Virus record (IMG/VR): IMGVR_UViG_3300017650_000009
DNA length: 64,000 bases
Reading direction: 5' to 3' (one strand)
From: a virus
Taxonomy: Duplodnaviria > Heunggongvirae > Uroviricota > Caudoviricetes
In this document: piece after piece, positions 37,113-46,911 of the stretch
Layout of the letters: the number at the start of each line of letters is the position of its first letter
Position numbering within the stretch: position 1 is the stretch's first letter
The notes under the pieces: model-generated
Databases searched by the model: none
What the model was told of the DNA's origin: nothing
The model's input: only the letters and a program-made list of their open reading frames with translations
Program-made: the position numbers and the translations under genes

Positions 37113-39128
37113 ATGGATAGCAAACATTATCAAGAAGTAGTAAGCGCGATTTTAACGGACGAACTGTCGGTTGATACGGACGTTCTCGTTACGCTGCTCG
37201 GCGTTGCAAGCGACGCCTACTACAATGCGGGCGAAGATGGCGCATTCGAATATCCATGCATCGATATGCAGACGGGCGAGCTGATCGAAATGGTTGCAGG
37301 TGCGACACCATTCGAAGAGTTGATCAGTGATGAAACATACGATGCGTTGGAACGCCAGCTTCGTGCGGTCGATCCAAAAAATGTTTTCCTTATGAAGATT
37401 GGTTCAGATGTGCGCGGCGGTAAAGTACCATTGCCGTTCAAGATGGGATCACTGGATCAAGTCTATGATGGTGATTCCGAAAAGTGGGTTTCCCAGTACA
37501 AACTTGCTGATGAAGATTTTGTTGTCAGCGATAAGCTCGACGGAACATCAGTTGCATTGATCTATGATCGCAAGGGAAACTTTCTCAGTGCATTCAGCCG
37601 TGGCAACGGCATTATGGGCGCAGACATTACGCGCCATGTTTCAAAAATGAAATGCGTTCCAAAGAAGATCAGCAAGGGCCCTCTCAAGCTTCGTGCTGAA
37701 GCAATCATCCCAATTTCCAAGTGGGAACAGGTGCGTGATGAAACAGCGAAGGCAACTGGTCGCACATATAAGAATGCGCGCAATTATGTTGCAGGTAAAA
37801 TGAATGCATCGGAATCCGATCCGATCTTCCTCGAACATATTCACATTGTCATCACAAGCGTTGAAGAACCCGAATTGGGTAAGATTGCTCAGCTGGAACT
37901 CTCACGCAAGGAAGGTTTCCTTACCAACTATTACGTCGGCATGAAGGGCGGCGATTTCACCGATCCGGTTCTTACCGACTATCTCAACGATCGTCGTGCA
38001 AAATCCGATTATGAACTTGATGGCATTGTATTGGATGTCAACGAGCATGATCTTCGCATAAAGCTTCCGAAAACCACGAGCAGCTTGAATCCAACATATG
38101 CTCGCAAGTTCAAGGTCGCAGCCGCTGCAAACTATGCTGAAACGCCAGTTACTGCGGTACTGTGGCGTCTAAGTAAGGCCGGGTACGCAAAGCCACGTAT
38201 TGAGATTGTTCCGGTTGAACTCTCTGGCGTGACAATCACATACGCAACGGGCTTCAATGCTGCATTCATTCGCGATAACAATATCGGACCAGGTGCGGTT
38301 GTTAAGATCACTCGGTCGGGTGATGTTATCCCATATATCACGGGTGTGGTCAAGGGTGCAACGGCACAGATGCCGGATGAAACCGTATTGGGCAAAATGT
38401 CCTATACAAAGGGAAATGTCGATCTAGTGCTTGATGATTTGGATTCACATCCAGATGTTCGGTATTATCGTATTCTCGATACTTTCAAAACGCTCGATGT
38501 TCCACATTTGCGTCAGGGCGCAGTCGAAAAGCTTATTGAGGCTGGATTCGATTCCGAAGCAAAAATCATCAAAGCAACTGAAGCAGAAATCAAGTCTGTG
38601 GTCGGTGACAGCGCAGGTAAAAAGATCTTTGATGGTCTACGTGCAAAGCTCAATCCGGTTGATCTTGCATTGCTTGCTGGTGCGTCTCAGACATTGGGAC
38701 GTGGTATCGGCGTCCGCAAGGTAACAAAGATTATCAACGCACATGGTTCACTCAACATTACGTTACCCGAGCTATTGCAGGTTGAAGGGTTCAAGAAAAC
38801 TGCTGAACTGGTGATCAATAATCTACCGAAGCTAAATGCGTTCCTTGATGAAATCGACGGATATTACACGATTGCTGAAAAGGTTGCGGCACCAACCGAA
38901 GGTGCGCTAAAAGGAGTGGTTGTTGTTTTCACTGGTGTTCGTGACAAGGATCTCGAAGCGAAGATTCAAGCACAAGCCGGTATTGTTGGTTCAAGTGTAA
39001 ACAAGGAAACAACACATTTGGTTTGTAAGGATCCAAGTGCAAACTCCAGCAAGCTGGTAAAGGCACGACAGCTTCTTGCAGCAGAAAACATCATAGACCT
39101 CAACACGGCACAGGAGCTTTGGGGATAA
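37113..39128 (+). CDS. ligA: NAD+-dependent DNA ligase
   Basis: Domain Ia YYN..ISDETYD, MGSL, KLDG, SRGNG..G.D.T, DGIV, OB RSGDVIP, HhH, BRCT; lacks Cys4 zinc finger. Confidence 0.92.
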   Translation: MDSKHYQEVVSAILTDELSVDTDVLVTLLGVASDAYYNAGEDGAFEYPCIDMQTGELIEMVAGATPFEELISDETYDALERQLRAVDPKNVFLMKIGSDVRGGKVPLPFKMGSLDQVYDGDSEKWVSQYKLADEDFVVSDKLDGTSVALIYDRKGNFLSAFSRGNGIMGADITRHVSKMKCVPKKISKGPLKLRAEAIIPISKWEQVRDETAKATGRTYKNARNYVAGKMNASESDPIFLEHIHIVITSVEEPELGKIAQLELSRKEGFLTNYYVGMKGGDFTDPVLTDYLNDRRAKSDYELDGIVLDVNEHDLRIKLPKTTSSLNPTYARKFKVAAAANYAETPVTAVLWRLSKAGYAKPRIEIVPVELSGVTITYATGFNAAFIRDNNIGPGAVVKITRSGDVIPYITGVVKGATAQMPDETVLGKMSYTKGNVDLVLDDLDSHPDVRYYRILDTFKTLDVPHLRQGAVEKLIEAGFDSEAKIIKATEAEIKSVVGDSAGKKIFDGLRAKLNPVDLALLAGASQTLGRGIGVRKVTKIINAHGSLNITLPELLQVEGFKKTAELVINNLPKLNAFLDEIDGYYTIAEKVAAPTEGALKGVVVVFTGVRDKDLEAKIQAQAGIVGSSVNKETTHLVCKDPSANSSKLVKARQLLAAENIIDLNTAQELWG

Positions 39129-39517
39129 TGTTCGGACTTAATCCAGAACCTAACGCACAACACACGAGTGAGGATTGCTTGTCATTCCTCATTCAAGAAA
39201 TCGCCAATAATCCAATGGCGATTCGAGCACATGTCAGCACTATCACAGATGCTGAATCTGATCAACTGAATAAAATTCTCTGGCCCGCATTAAGCGTTCC
39301 GGATAATTGGTTTCGCGAACGTACTCATCGCCCAAGTGTAAAGGAACTCGAAGTATCGGAGGACGAGGATAATCCCAATCCACTGTCCAACCTGAGTAGG
39401 GATTCCGTCATTCGCACTTATGTCAATGATATATGGGATGAACATGGTCGTTATCTCGAAGCGCGTGTAATCAGTTCTTACGGTGATTTGTCTGTGGAAT
39501 TTGTCGTGAACTGGTAA
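39128..39517 (+). CDS. hypothetical protein
   Basis: TAATG coupling to ligase stop. Confidence 0.6.
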   Translation: MFGLNPEPNAQHTSEDCLSFLIQEIANNPMAIRAHVSTITDAESDQLNKILWPALSVPDNWFRERTHRPSVKELEVSEDEDNPNPLSNLSRDSVIRTYVNDIWDEHGRYLEARVISSYGDLSVEFVVNW

Positions 39518-39521
39518 TAGG

Positions 39522-39549
39522 TTGACATTAAATGGTTCCATGCTAATTT
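39522..39549 (+). promoter_or_regulatory. sigma70-type early promoter
   Basis: TTGACA-16 nt-TAATTT with TGC. Confidence 0.6.
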
Positions 39550-39581
39550 GGGAATACCTGAAACAGCAAAGGAACCATTTA

Positions 39582-40037
39582 ATGTTTACGATCGAAAAGT
39601 TGCTTGATATTGCAATCAATTGTGAAGCAATCATCAAAAAGACCGACATTCATGGTTCGGCTGTACTTGATGTGGCAGCAGAACGTGAAGCACGCCGCAA
39701 GCTTAATAACGCACTAGTGGTTGCTGCTCACATGGAACGCAATGAAATGAAAGAGCCGGTTGAAAATATTGGGCCATTCGAATCATTCGTCCCTACTCGT
39801 GGTACACGAGTTCGACTCAAGCCCGGTGCAATATATCGTTCGATGCATCCGAGCAAGCGTGGTCAGCCACAAATCAACAAACGCGAACGTGAAATCGTTG
39901 TCCACACGTATTTCAAAGGCCGTATCGGTGATATGGATTCTCAAAACAATCCAATAATCATAAATGGCGAAGTGAGCTGGGCCGGCACAGGCGGCTATTG
40001 GTGTCACACCGACATCAACAATATCGAGAAAATTTAA
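39582..40037 (+). CDS. hypothetical protein
   Basis: AAGGA RBS before MFTIEK. Confidence 0.65.
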   Translation: MFTIEKLLDIAINCEAIIKKTDIHGSAVLDVAAEREARRKLNNALVVAAHMERNEMKEPVENIGPFESFVPTRGTRVRLKPGAIYRSMHPSKRGQPQINKREREIVVHTYFKGRIGDMDSQNNPIIINGEVSWAGTGGYWCHTDINNIEKI

Positions 40038-40080
40038 TTCCTATTTTGCAATACATGCTCCCACAAGCTATAATGGGAGC

Positions 40081-41172
40081 ATGTTTACGTCAAAGATAGG
40101 TTTCAGTGGTCAGTGGAAAGCTGACCCAACATTAGTACCCTCGCTGCAAAGACAACTTGCGGCACCATATCGGTTCCATAGTACGACCCCACAAGCATTC
40201 ATGCAACTCACGCCAGTTGCCCAGTACACGAATATGACTAATATGATCGTCAATAATACTCGTGCACTACGGGAGATTATTCGTCTTTTGGGGAAGCAAC
40301 CCGAAGCAACACGAATGTATCAGATACCCTCTGACATACTTCCGTTGAAGCAGTACAAATTCACAGAATGGATATATTCACATCATTCAATCAATGATAT
40401 GATCATTAATACTTTGATGGGTATCAGAACTCTTGCACGTCACAATGGTGTGCGATTGTTTATGCAAACTCGTCCATTTACAAATATCAGTTCAGAGGAC
40501 GAAAATATTGCTGCGGCAGCAATAGCTGATATTGAATCACATGCTCGACTAGCCCATCTAATGGGGTTCAGTGGTTCATGTATTCCTGAAGGTTTCTGTC
40601 TGATAACAAACGTAAATGCGCAACAGGACCCACAACTCAAACGTACCGCAAGACGCGCAAATAGTAAGCTGTCGGAACACGCAAGAAACATAATTGTCTT
40701 TAAAAACAATTGTATAACCACATCAATTGGTGATCTGTTATCAAAACAATTCACACCAACAATATCTGGCAAATCAGAATTGACTGACTTTCCCCTTGCA
40801 ATCGACTTACATGCGGTTTGGGTGAAAATGAATGCATTGCTGTATCCGTGGTCCGAAGTACACCAATACGTTTATTCAACTTGGCGCGGCCATAAACCAA
40901 TATCATTATATTCGCAACCCGATAATACCAACTGGCCCCCATATAGCCCACATACTGTTTTGAATCGTCATTCCATTTATGGCTCATCACAACCTTGCCC
41001 ATTTTCGGATAAGGATTTGTCCAAACGCTCAAAGTATTTGTGGAATTTAAGACAGAATAAGAGTGTTGCTTTGCATTTGGAATACTCAGATATTCTAGTA
41101 GAGGCCAAGGCAAACAACTTAGCTCAAATGCAGTTCTATGATTTTTTAGAGTATAATGGGTTTGTTACGTAA
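40081..41172 (+). CDS. UvsE/UVDE-like protein, metal ligands apparently lost
   Basis: KIGF, N..AL, SDILP, VRL, H..LA.LMG, WRG.KP, D..VEAK..NLA follow the UVDE layout. Confidence 0.6.
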   Translation: MFTSKIGFSGQWKADPTLVPSLQRQLAAPYRFHSTTPQAFMQLTPVAQYTNMTNMIVNNTRALREIIRLLGKQPEATRMYQIPSDILPLKQYKFTEWIYSHHSINDMIINTLMGIRTLARHNGVRLFMQTRPFTNISSEDENIAAAAIADIESHARLAHLMGFSGSCIPEGFCLITNVNAQQDPQLKRTARRANSKLSEHARNIIVFKNNCITTSIGDLLSKQFTPTISGKSELTDFPLAIDLHAVWVKMNALLYPWSEVHQYVYSTWRGHKPISLYSQPDNTNWPPYSPHTVLNRHSIYGSSQPCPFSDKDLSKRSKYLWNLRQNKSVALHLEYSDILVEAKANNLAQMQFYDFLEYNGFVT

Positions 41173-41200
41173 ATACAGCATACCCATTTGGAGAACCAAA

Positions 41201-41920
41201 ATGAAAGATAACGATTTTATTATTGAGACAATTCTTGGCGTTGCCAAAGCTGAAATTGCAAAAGCTGTTAAGCGTGGCAAATTAGGTGAAGCCATCAATA
41301 AGGTTGATATTGCGCGTGATGTTGCTCGCGATATGGAACTAACCGAGGCCGAAACAAAGGAACTCATTCAGCGTGTTGTTGATACGCCTGCAGCGGAAAT
41401 GCCGACCCCTGAGGATTTGCAACCCAATGCAAACGTAATTAACTTCAAATCGCCATCCGACGTCGACCAGGCCGCTGGAATGCTCATGTATAAGAACATC
41501 CCATGGCGCATCAAGAGTGCCAATCCTGCGTTCATCAGTTTCGACGACCCAACTATACTAGCGGAAGCCCGCGAGGTCCTGAAGCGCCGTTGGGACTTCC
41601 TGGAGCATTCTAATCGTACTGTAGCTTGTATTGAGTTTGATAACCTAGATGAGTATAACAAGGTTCTAGAATTTATTCGTAAGTCCAAGTTTACTACGCT
41701 GGCCAATGCAACTTCCGATCTATCCGAGGATATCCTGGATGAGATTACAATTAAGGTTGCAAAGGCTGGAAAAGCACCAAAGATTAAAGAATCTGATATT
41801 GGTGCAAAGCATAATTCATATGATGCAATTGAGAAGAATTTCTCGCGCCTTGACGATAAAACATTCAATACGAAGATTCCAGCTGATCGTTCAATTAAAG
41901 TCCGAAAAAAGTGGAAATAA
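41201..41920 (+). CDS. late hypothetical protein
   Basis: TAAATA at 41170, GGAG RBS. Confidence 0.7.
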   Translation: MKDNDFIIETILGVAKAEIAKAVKRGKLGEAINKVDIARDVARDMELTEAETKELIQRVVDTPAAEMPTPEDLQPNANVINFKSPSDVDQAAGMLMYKNIPWRIKSANPAFISFDDPTILAEAREVLKRRWDFLEHSNRTVACIEFDNLDEYNKVLEFIRKSKFTTLANATSDLSEDILDEITIKVAKAGKAPKIKESDIGAKHNSYDAIEKNFSRLDDKTFNTKIPADRSIKVRKKWK

Positions 41921-41995
41921 ATTTTGACTATCCCGGTGCTATGATGTTAAGTTACGAACATAGTTACAAAACATTTAGCAAACAGGATATTTGAA

Positions 41996-42253
41996 ATGAA
42001 CATTACAGGTCTTACGAGCGACGACAAGGCAAAGATCAAGAACGTTGTTGAAGAAGGCATGAAGGTCACTCAGGAAATTGAAGACCTTCGCGGTGGACTC
42101 CGTGACACTGTTAAGGCAGTTGCTGAAGAACTCGGTATTAAGCCTTCTGCAATCAACAAGGCGATCCGCGCTGCGTTCAAGAGCGACATTGCTGATACAC
42201 GCGATGAACTCGACAATATTGAGGAAATCCTCAATGTGGCGGGTAAGCTCTAA
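41996..42253 (+). CDS. dsDNA-binding protein (T4 DsbA / GapR-like)
   Basis: 85-aa helical: K..V.EG.....EI.DL...L.D....AEELGI....NK.I. Confidence 0.65.
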   Translation: MNITGLTSDDKAKIKNVVEEGMKVTQEIEDLRGGLRDTVKAVAEELGIKPSAINKAIRAAFKSDIADTRDELDNIEEILNVAGKL

Positions 42254-42260
42254 TAGGAAA

Positions 42261-42295
42261 AGCGGGTGGGGGTAAAACTCACCCGCTATCTTTTT
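42261..42295 (+). terminator. intrinsic terminator
   Basis: AGCGGGTGGG/CTCACCCGCT plus T-run. Confidence 0.7.
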
Positions 42296-42300
42296 GATAT

Positions 42301-42567
42301 ATGCCGTCTGAATCCCATTACATACTTTTTGACACCGGATATAGTGGAAACGACACTGATCCGCTGATGGAACTCACAACGTTGGGGTTTGAGGTTCTAA
42401 TGGACATGCACGACCATAGGCAGCTGGCTGGTCATTTTGTCGTTTATTCAGGCACTCATACACGTCGAAAAACACAACGCGCAATTTGGTTTGTAAAATT
42501 CGACCATACTGCTGATGCAGTCCTTTACAAACTCATATACTCGACTGAAAAAGAAAAATATGCGTGA
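42301..42567 (+). CDS. small protein, FKL-type module
   Basis: VKFDHTADAVLYKL. Confidence 0.65.
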   Translation: MPSESHYILFDTGYSGNDTDPLMELTTLGFEVLMDMHDHRQLAGHFVVYSGTHTRRKTQRAIWFVKFDHTADAVLYKLIYSTEKEKYA

Positions 42568-42805
42568 GATTCTGATTCAAACATATGGGAATCCGTTTGA
42601 TCGGTTTTATGAACAAACACATCCGCATGTGGTTGAAGTGCGAAACCTTGATGATCTCCGGAATCTCGAACAATTCTTGAAGTCATGCGGTGGTGTATTT
42701 TTGTTTCATCGAGCAACAGGTTGGCAATCTGATGAAGTTATCTACAATTTACGGTTTGCAGATGCATCAAATGCTTTGCTAGCCAAACTGTCACTTCAAT
42801 ATTGA
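42560..42805 (+). CDS. small protein, FKL-type module
   Basis: LEQFLK...LRFADASNALLAKL. Confidence 0.65.
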   Translation: MREILIQTYGNPFDRFYEQTHPHVVEVRNLDDLRNLEQFLKSCGGVFLFHRATGWQSDEVIYNLRFADASNALLAKLSLQY

Positions 42806-42860
42806 TATTCCCTAACACATTGTTTTATAATACAAAAATAATAAGAAGAAGGATAAAATA

Positions 42861-44594
42861 ATGTCTTACGTAGATGCGATTCACGACAAACAAAAAGATG
42901 AAATTCATATTGTTGAGCGAATCAACGGACAGCGCGTCTACAATACTCTTCCTGCAAAATATGTTTTCTATTACGAAGACATACGTGGTCGATATAAGAC
43001 TATGTGGGGAGAACCTTGCTCAAAGTACGAAACCACTAATAGTTCGGCATTCAAAAAGGAACTCAGAGCATTCCAGAATTTGGGTAAAAAGATTCATGAA
43101 CATGATATCAACCCAATCTTTCGTTGCTTGAGCGAAAACTATTTGAATGTTGATGCACCGGAATTGAATATTGGTTTCTTCGATATTGAGGTGGACTTCG
43201 ATCCAACACGAGGATACGCGCCTACAAATGATCCGTTTGCTCCCATTACAGCAATTTCACTTCATTTGTCTCAGTCCAAACGACTCGTTACTTTCCTACT
43301 AAAGCCAGAGCTCCCAAAGGATGATCCTGATTATTTGACTTGGGATGCAGCAGAAGCAATCGTAAATGAATTCGATGACACATATTTGTGTAACGATGAA
43401 GTTGAATTGCTTAAAATGTTTCTAGATGCGATTGATGATGCAGACGTATTAAGTGGCTGGAACTCAACTGGTTTCGATATTCCATATGTGGTAAATCGTA
43501 TTGAACGAGTTCTAGGTAAAGAGTACACGAAGAATTTGTGTTTGTGGGGACAGCGCCCTAAGAAGCGCAAGTACATGAAGTTCAAGAAGGAACACGAGAC
43601 ATACGACTTGGTCGGTCGCGTACACTTGGACTATCTGGAACTCTTCCAGAAGCATTCTAGTGCTGAACTTCACTCGTATAAATTGGACCACGTTGGCGAA
43701 GTTATTGTTGGTGAAAACAAAACACCGTATGAGGGATCACTTGATGCCCTATACAAGCGAGACTTCCGCACGTTTATCGAATATAACCGCCAGGATACCC
43801 TATTGTTGGTTAAAATCGATGCCAAGTGTCGTTATATTGAACTTGCCAACCAGCTCGCACACACAAATAGCGTCTTGCTTCCCACAACAATGGGTTCGGT
43901 TGCACTCATCGAGCAAGCAATTGTAAACGAAACTTGGGCCCTAGGTATGCAGGTTATGTCTCGTCCAGAACGTGACTTCCTGAATTCATACGATGCTGGT
44001 AGTTTTGTGCATGACGATGATGACGAAGATGAAGAAGAAGACGATAACAATAACGCCGTAGGTGCTTATGTTGCTGACCCGAAAAAGGGTATGCATAAGA
44101 TGATTGGGTGTGTTGATATTAACTCTCTTTATCCATCGGCACTTCGCGCACTTAATATGGGTCCTGAGACTCTGGTTGGACAGATTCGATCTGATCGTAC
44201 AGATCAGTTAGTTGCAGAACGTATGGCACGAGCAATTGCTGGTTCCAAACGTGCGAAGGGTTCAAAGACGGACGCCTGGCACGGGTTGTTTGCTACTATT
44301 GAATTTGATCTTATGCATGAGAAGTCCGGTGATCGCCTAACAGTGGATTTTGAGGCGGGTGAAACGGCGACGGTAAGTGCGGCTGATCTTCATAAGTATA
44401 TCTTTGAATCAGACAAAGCCTATGCAGTAAGTGCGAATGGAACTATTTTCCGAACAGACGTCAAGGCAATTATTCCGGGTCTACTTGAGCGTTGGTACGC
44501 CGAACGAACTGTTATGAAAAATGATGCATTTAGATATACGATGCTCGCCAAGGGTAAAGAAATTTCAGATGATTTGGCAAATAAGCTGAAATGA
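42861..44594 (+). CDS. family B DNA polymerase, N-terminal part (exonuclease + motif A)
   Basis: FDIE, GWNS.GFDIPY, YN.QD, GAYV, DINSLYPS. Confidence 0.92.
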   Translation: MSYVDAIHDKQKDEIHIVERINGQRVYNTLPAKYVFYYEDIRGRYKTMWGEPCSKYETTNSSAFKKELRAFQNLGKKIHEHDINPIFRCLSENYLNVDAPELNIGFFDIEVDFDPTRGYAPTNDPFAPITAISLHLSQSKRLVTFLLKPELPKDDPDYLTWDAAEAIVNEFDDTYLCNDEVELLKMFLDAIDDADVLSGWNSTGFDIPYVVNRIERVLGKEYTKNLCLWGQRPKKRKYMKFKKEHETYDLVGRVHLDYLELFQKHSSAELHSYKLDHVGEVIVGENKTPYEGSLDALYKRDFRTFIEYNRQDTLLLVKIDAKCRYIELANQLAHTNSVLLPTTMGSVALIEQAIVNETWALGMQVMSRPERDFLNSYDAGSFVHDDDDEDEEEDDNNNAVGAYVADPKKGMHKMIGCVDINSLYPSALRALNMGPETLVGQIRSDRTDQLVAERMARAIAGSKRAKGSKTDAWHGLFATIEFDLMHEKSGDRLTVDFEAGETATVSAADLHKYIFESDKAYAVSANGTIFRTDVKAIIPGLLERWYAERTVMKNDAFRYTMLAKGKEISDDLANKLK

Positions 44595-45277
44595 AATTTA
44601 CACCAGAAACTTACAGGGAAGAGGTAAAAACCCTCTTCCCTCATATTGAGGTATATGGTGATTATAATGGTGTTCTGAATAAAATAGAACATTATTGTAA
44701 TAACAGTAAAACTCGGTGGGAATCCCAGCCCAGACAAGTTTTAATGGGTAAATGTTGTAGGGAATGCTCTAGGAAAAAACTAGCATTTTCGCAAGAACAT
44801 TTTGATTCATTGTTAAATGAAATCCCGGGTTACGAATGCTTAGATCCATATGTTAACACATATACTACTTTGACGTTTAAACATACATGTGGATTTGAAT
44901 TTCAAACAACGCCTGAACGATTTCTTAAACGAAATGTTCGTTGTCGAAATTGCAATCCACCCAAACAACCTAAAAATTTTTGGTGTAAAGCAACCGAGAA
45001 TGAATATGGAATGTTTCCAAGTAAATTCGAAGCTTCTTGTGGAAAACTAATATTTGATAAATTCGGACTCAATGATATTCAAAGAAATAAACCATATGAT
45101 TCATCAAGTTTGAAAACCTGTGATTTTTACATTGTATCCAAAGATCTATGGATTGAGGTTTCTACTTTGGGGAAATCTTGGTATTTGGAACGTATTGAAA
45201 ATAAAAGGAAATTAGTGAATAATTTCCTATTTTTTAGTAAAATATCAGAGTTAAAAGAATATTTGAAAGAAGTATAA
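44591..45277 (+). mobile_element. AT-rich putative homing endonuclease ORF between polymerase halves
   Basis: Two Cys/His zinc-ribbon repeats, C-terminal SKFE...DF...WIEV (Vsr/PD-(D/E)xK-like); ATGA and TAATG coupling. Confidence 0.7.
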
Positions 45278-46545
45278 TGGAATATAATATTGAAGAACTG
45301 GAAGCTCTTATTGCTTCTGAAAATATTTCTGAACTTAAAGCATTTATGGAAAAACACAATCTTGAGATTAAAGATAATAAGATTGTGCCAAAAATCGAAG
45401 CAAAGGAATATTTTGTAAAAATGGCAGCATTCTGGGATCAACGCCAGCTTGCTCGTAAGATTCTTCTGAACTCACTTTATGGTGCGTTGCTTAATGAGGG
45501 TTGCCGATTCTACGATAAGCGTATTGGTCAATCAGTTACACTTACTGGCCGAAGCATCGCCAAGCACATGAATAGTAAGGTTAACGAATGTATTACCGGC
45601 GCATATCAGTTTGATGGCGAAGGTATTGTTTATGCTGATACTGACTCCAGTTATTTCTCTGCATATAACACAATGAAGCTTGATCCGGAAACCGCTGCAT
45701 TTGCTGATGATAAGGATTCAATGCTTGCTTTGTATTTGAGTATTGGTGATTCAGTTAATGAATCATTCCCTTACTTTATGAACGATCATTTCAATACTGG
45801 TATTGAACGTGGTAAGATTATTGCAGCGGGTCTAGAACTGGTTTCCGAAACTGGTATGTTCATTAAGAAAAAGCGTTATGCGGTTCTCAAGTTCTGGGAT
45901 GAAAGCTCGGGTCGTTTGGATACAGATGGTAAGCCAGGTAAGATCAAGGCCATGGGCTTGGATCTCAAGCGCGCTGATACGCCAAAGTTTATGCAGGACT
46001 TCCTGAGTAAAATTCTCATGCAAATCCTAACTGGCGTTGGAGAGGATCCAATCCTTGAGGAAATTAAGGAATTTAGAAATGAATTCCGAAAGATGGAACC
46101 GTGGGAACAGGGAACTCCGAAAAAGGTTAACGGACTAACCGTTGCTGCGGAAAAACTAGAGAAAGCTGAAGCACATGCTGCGGCAAACTTTATGAATCGT
46201 TCTGTAGTAAAGGAAAAGCGTGATACTGTAGCTGGACACGTCCAAGCAAGTATTAATTGGAATAAACTTAAAAAGATGAATTCGGACAACTATTCGAGCG
46301 ATATTACCGATGGTGGTAAAGTAATCGTTTGTAAGTTGTTGAACAATCCAATGAAGATTACTTCGGTTGCTTATCCGTATGACCAACGTCATTTGCCAGA
46401 ATGGTTCAAAAAGTTGCCTTTTGATGTCGAGTTGATGGAAGAAACCATTATTGACAAAAAGGTACGAAACCTTATAGGTGTATTGAATTGGGACCTCAAG
46501 AAAACTCGTGAGGATACCACATTTAACGATTTGTTTACTTTCTAA
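45277..46545 (+). CDS. family B DNA polymerase, C-terminal part (motifs B, C, thumb)
   Basis: QLARKILLNSLYG, YADTDS, KKRYA, MGLDLKR.DTP. Confidence 0.92.
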   Translation: MEYNIEELEALIASENISELKAFMEKHNLEIKDNKIVPKIEAKEYFVKMAAFWDQRQLARKILLNSLYGALLNEGCRFYDKRIGQSVTLTGRSIAKHMNSKVNECITGAYQFDGEGIVYADTDSSYFSAYNTMKLDPETAAFADDKDSMLALYLSIGDSVNESFPYFMNDHFNTGIERGKIIAAGLELVSETGMFIKKKRYAVLKFWDESSGRLDTDGKPGKIKAMGLDLKRADTPKFMQDFLSKILMQILTGVGEDPILEEIKEFRNEFRKMEPWEQGTPKKVNGLTVAAEKLEKAEAHAAANFMNRSVVKEKRDTVAGHVQASINWNKLKKMNSDNYSSDITDGGKVIVCKLLNNPMKITSVAYPYDQRHLPEWFKKLPFDVELMEETIIDKKVRNLIGVLNWDLKKTREDTTFNDLFTF

Positions 46546-46554
46546 GGACCAACT

Positions 46555-46839
46555 ATGCTATTGCGAATCATCATGACCAATACGACTCATGTGCCGACTC
46601 GCGAGGAAATTCAGACTGTTGACCGAGAAATTGGTCAACAGTACCTGGAGGACTTTGGAGTGGAATGGGCCGGATATATCGTCCTCGAGGACACACTGAA
46701 ACTGTCTGCTCAGTGGCTTCTCGAAACTTTCACCCGTGATGAAATCGTTGAGCATGTGCTGGCTCATCAGATTCCCGGGTATAACTTCTCGGTTTACGAA
46801 GTTGACGAAGAAGCAGAATCTGAAATAAAACTGGTTTAA
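46555..46839 (+). CDS. acidic hypothetical protein
   Basis: AAGGA RBS. Confidence 0.55.
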   Translation: MLLRIIMTNTTHVPTREEIQTVDREIGQQYLEDFGVEWAGYIVLEDTLKLSAQWLLETFTRDEIVEHVLAHQIPGYNFSVYEVDEEAESEIKLV

Positions 46840-46911
46840 AAATATTGACGTAACTGTTTGTTTCGTATAATATTCAAACATAATAAAAATAAGAAAAAGG
46901 AACATACGCTG

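Noticed and set aside
44560-45420. Group I intron or intein in the DNA polymerase
   Set aside because: No non-coding space or intron core is visible; stops and starts are translationally coupled; no intein C/S...HN ends.
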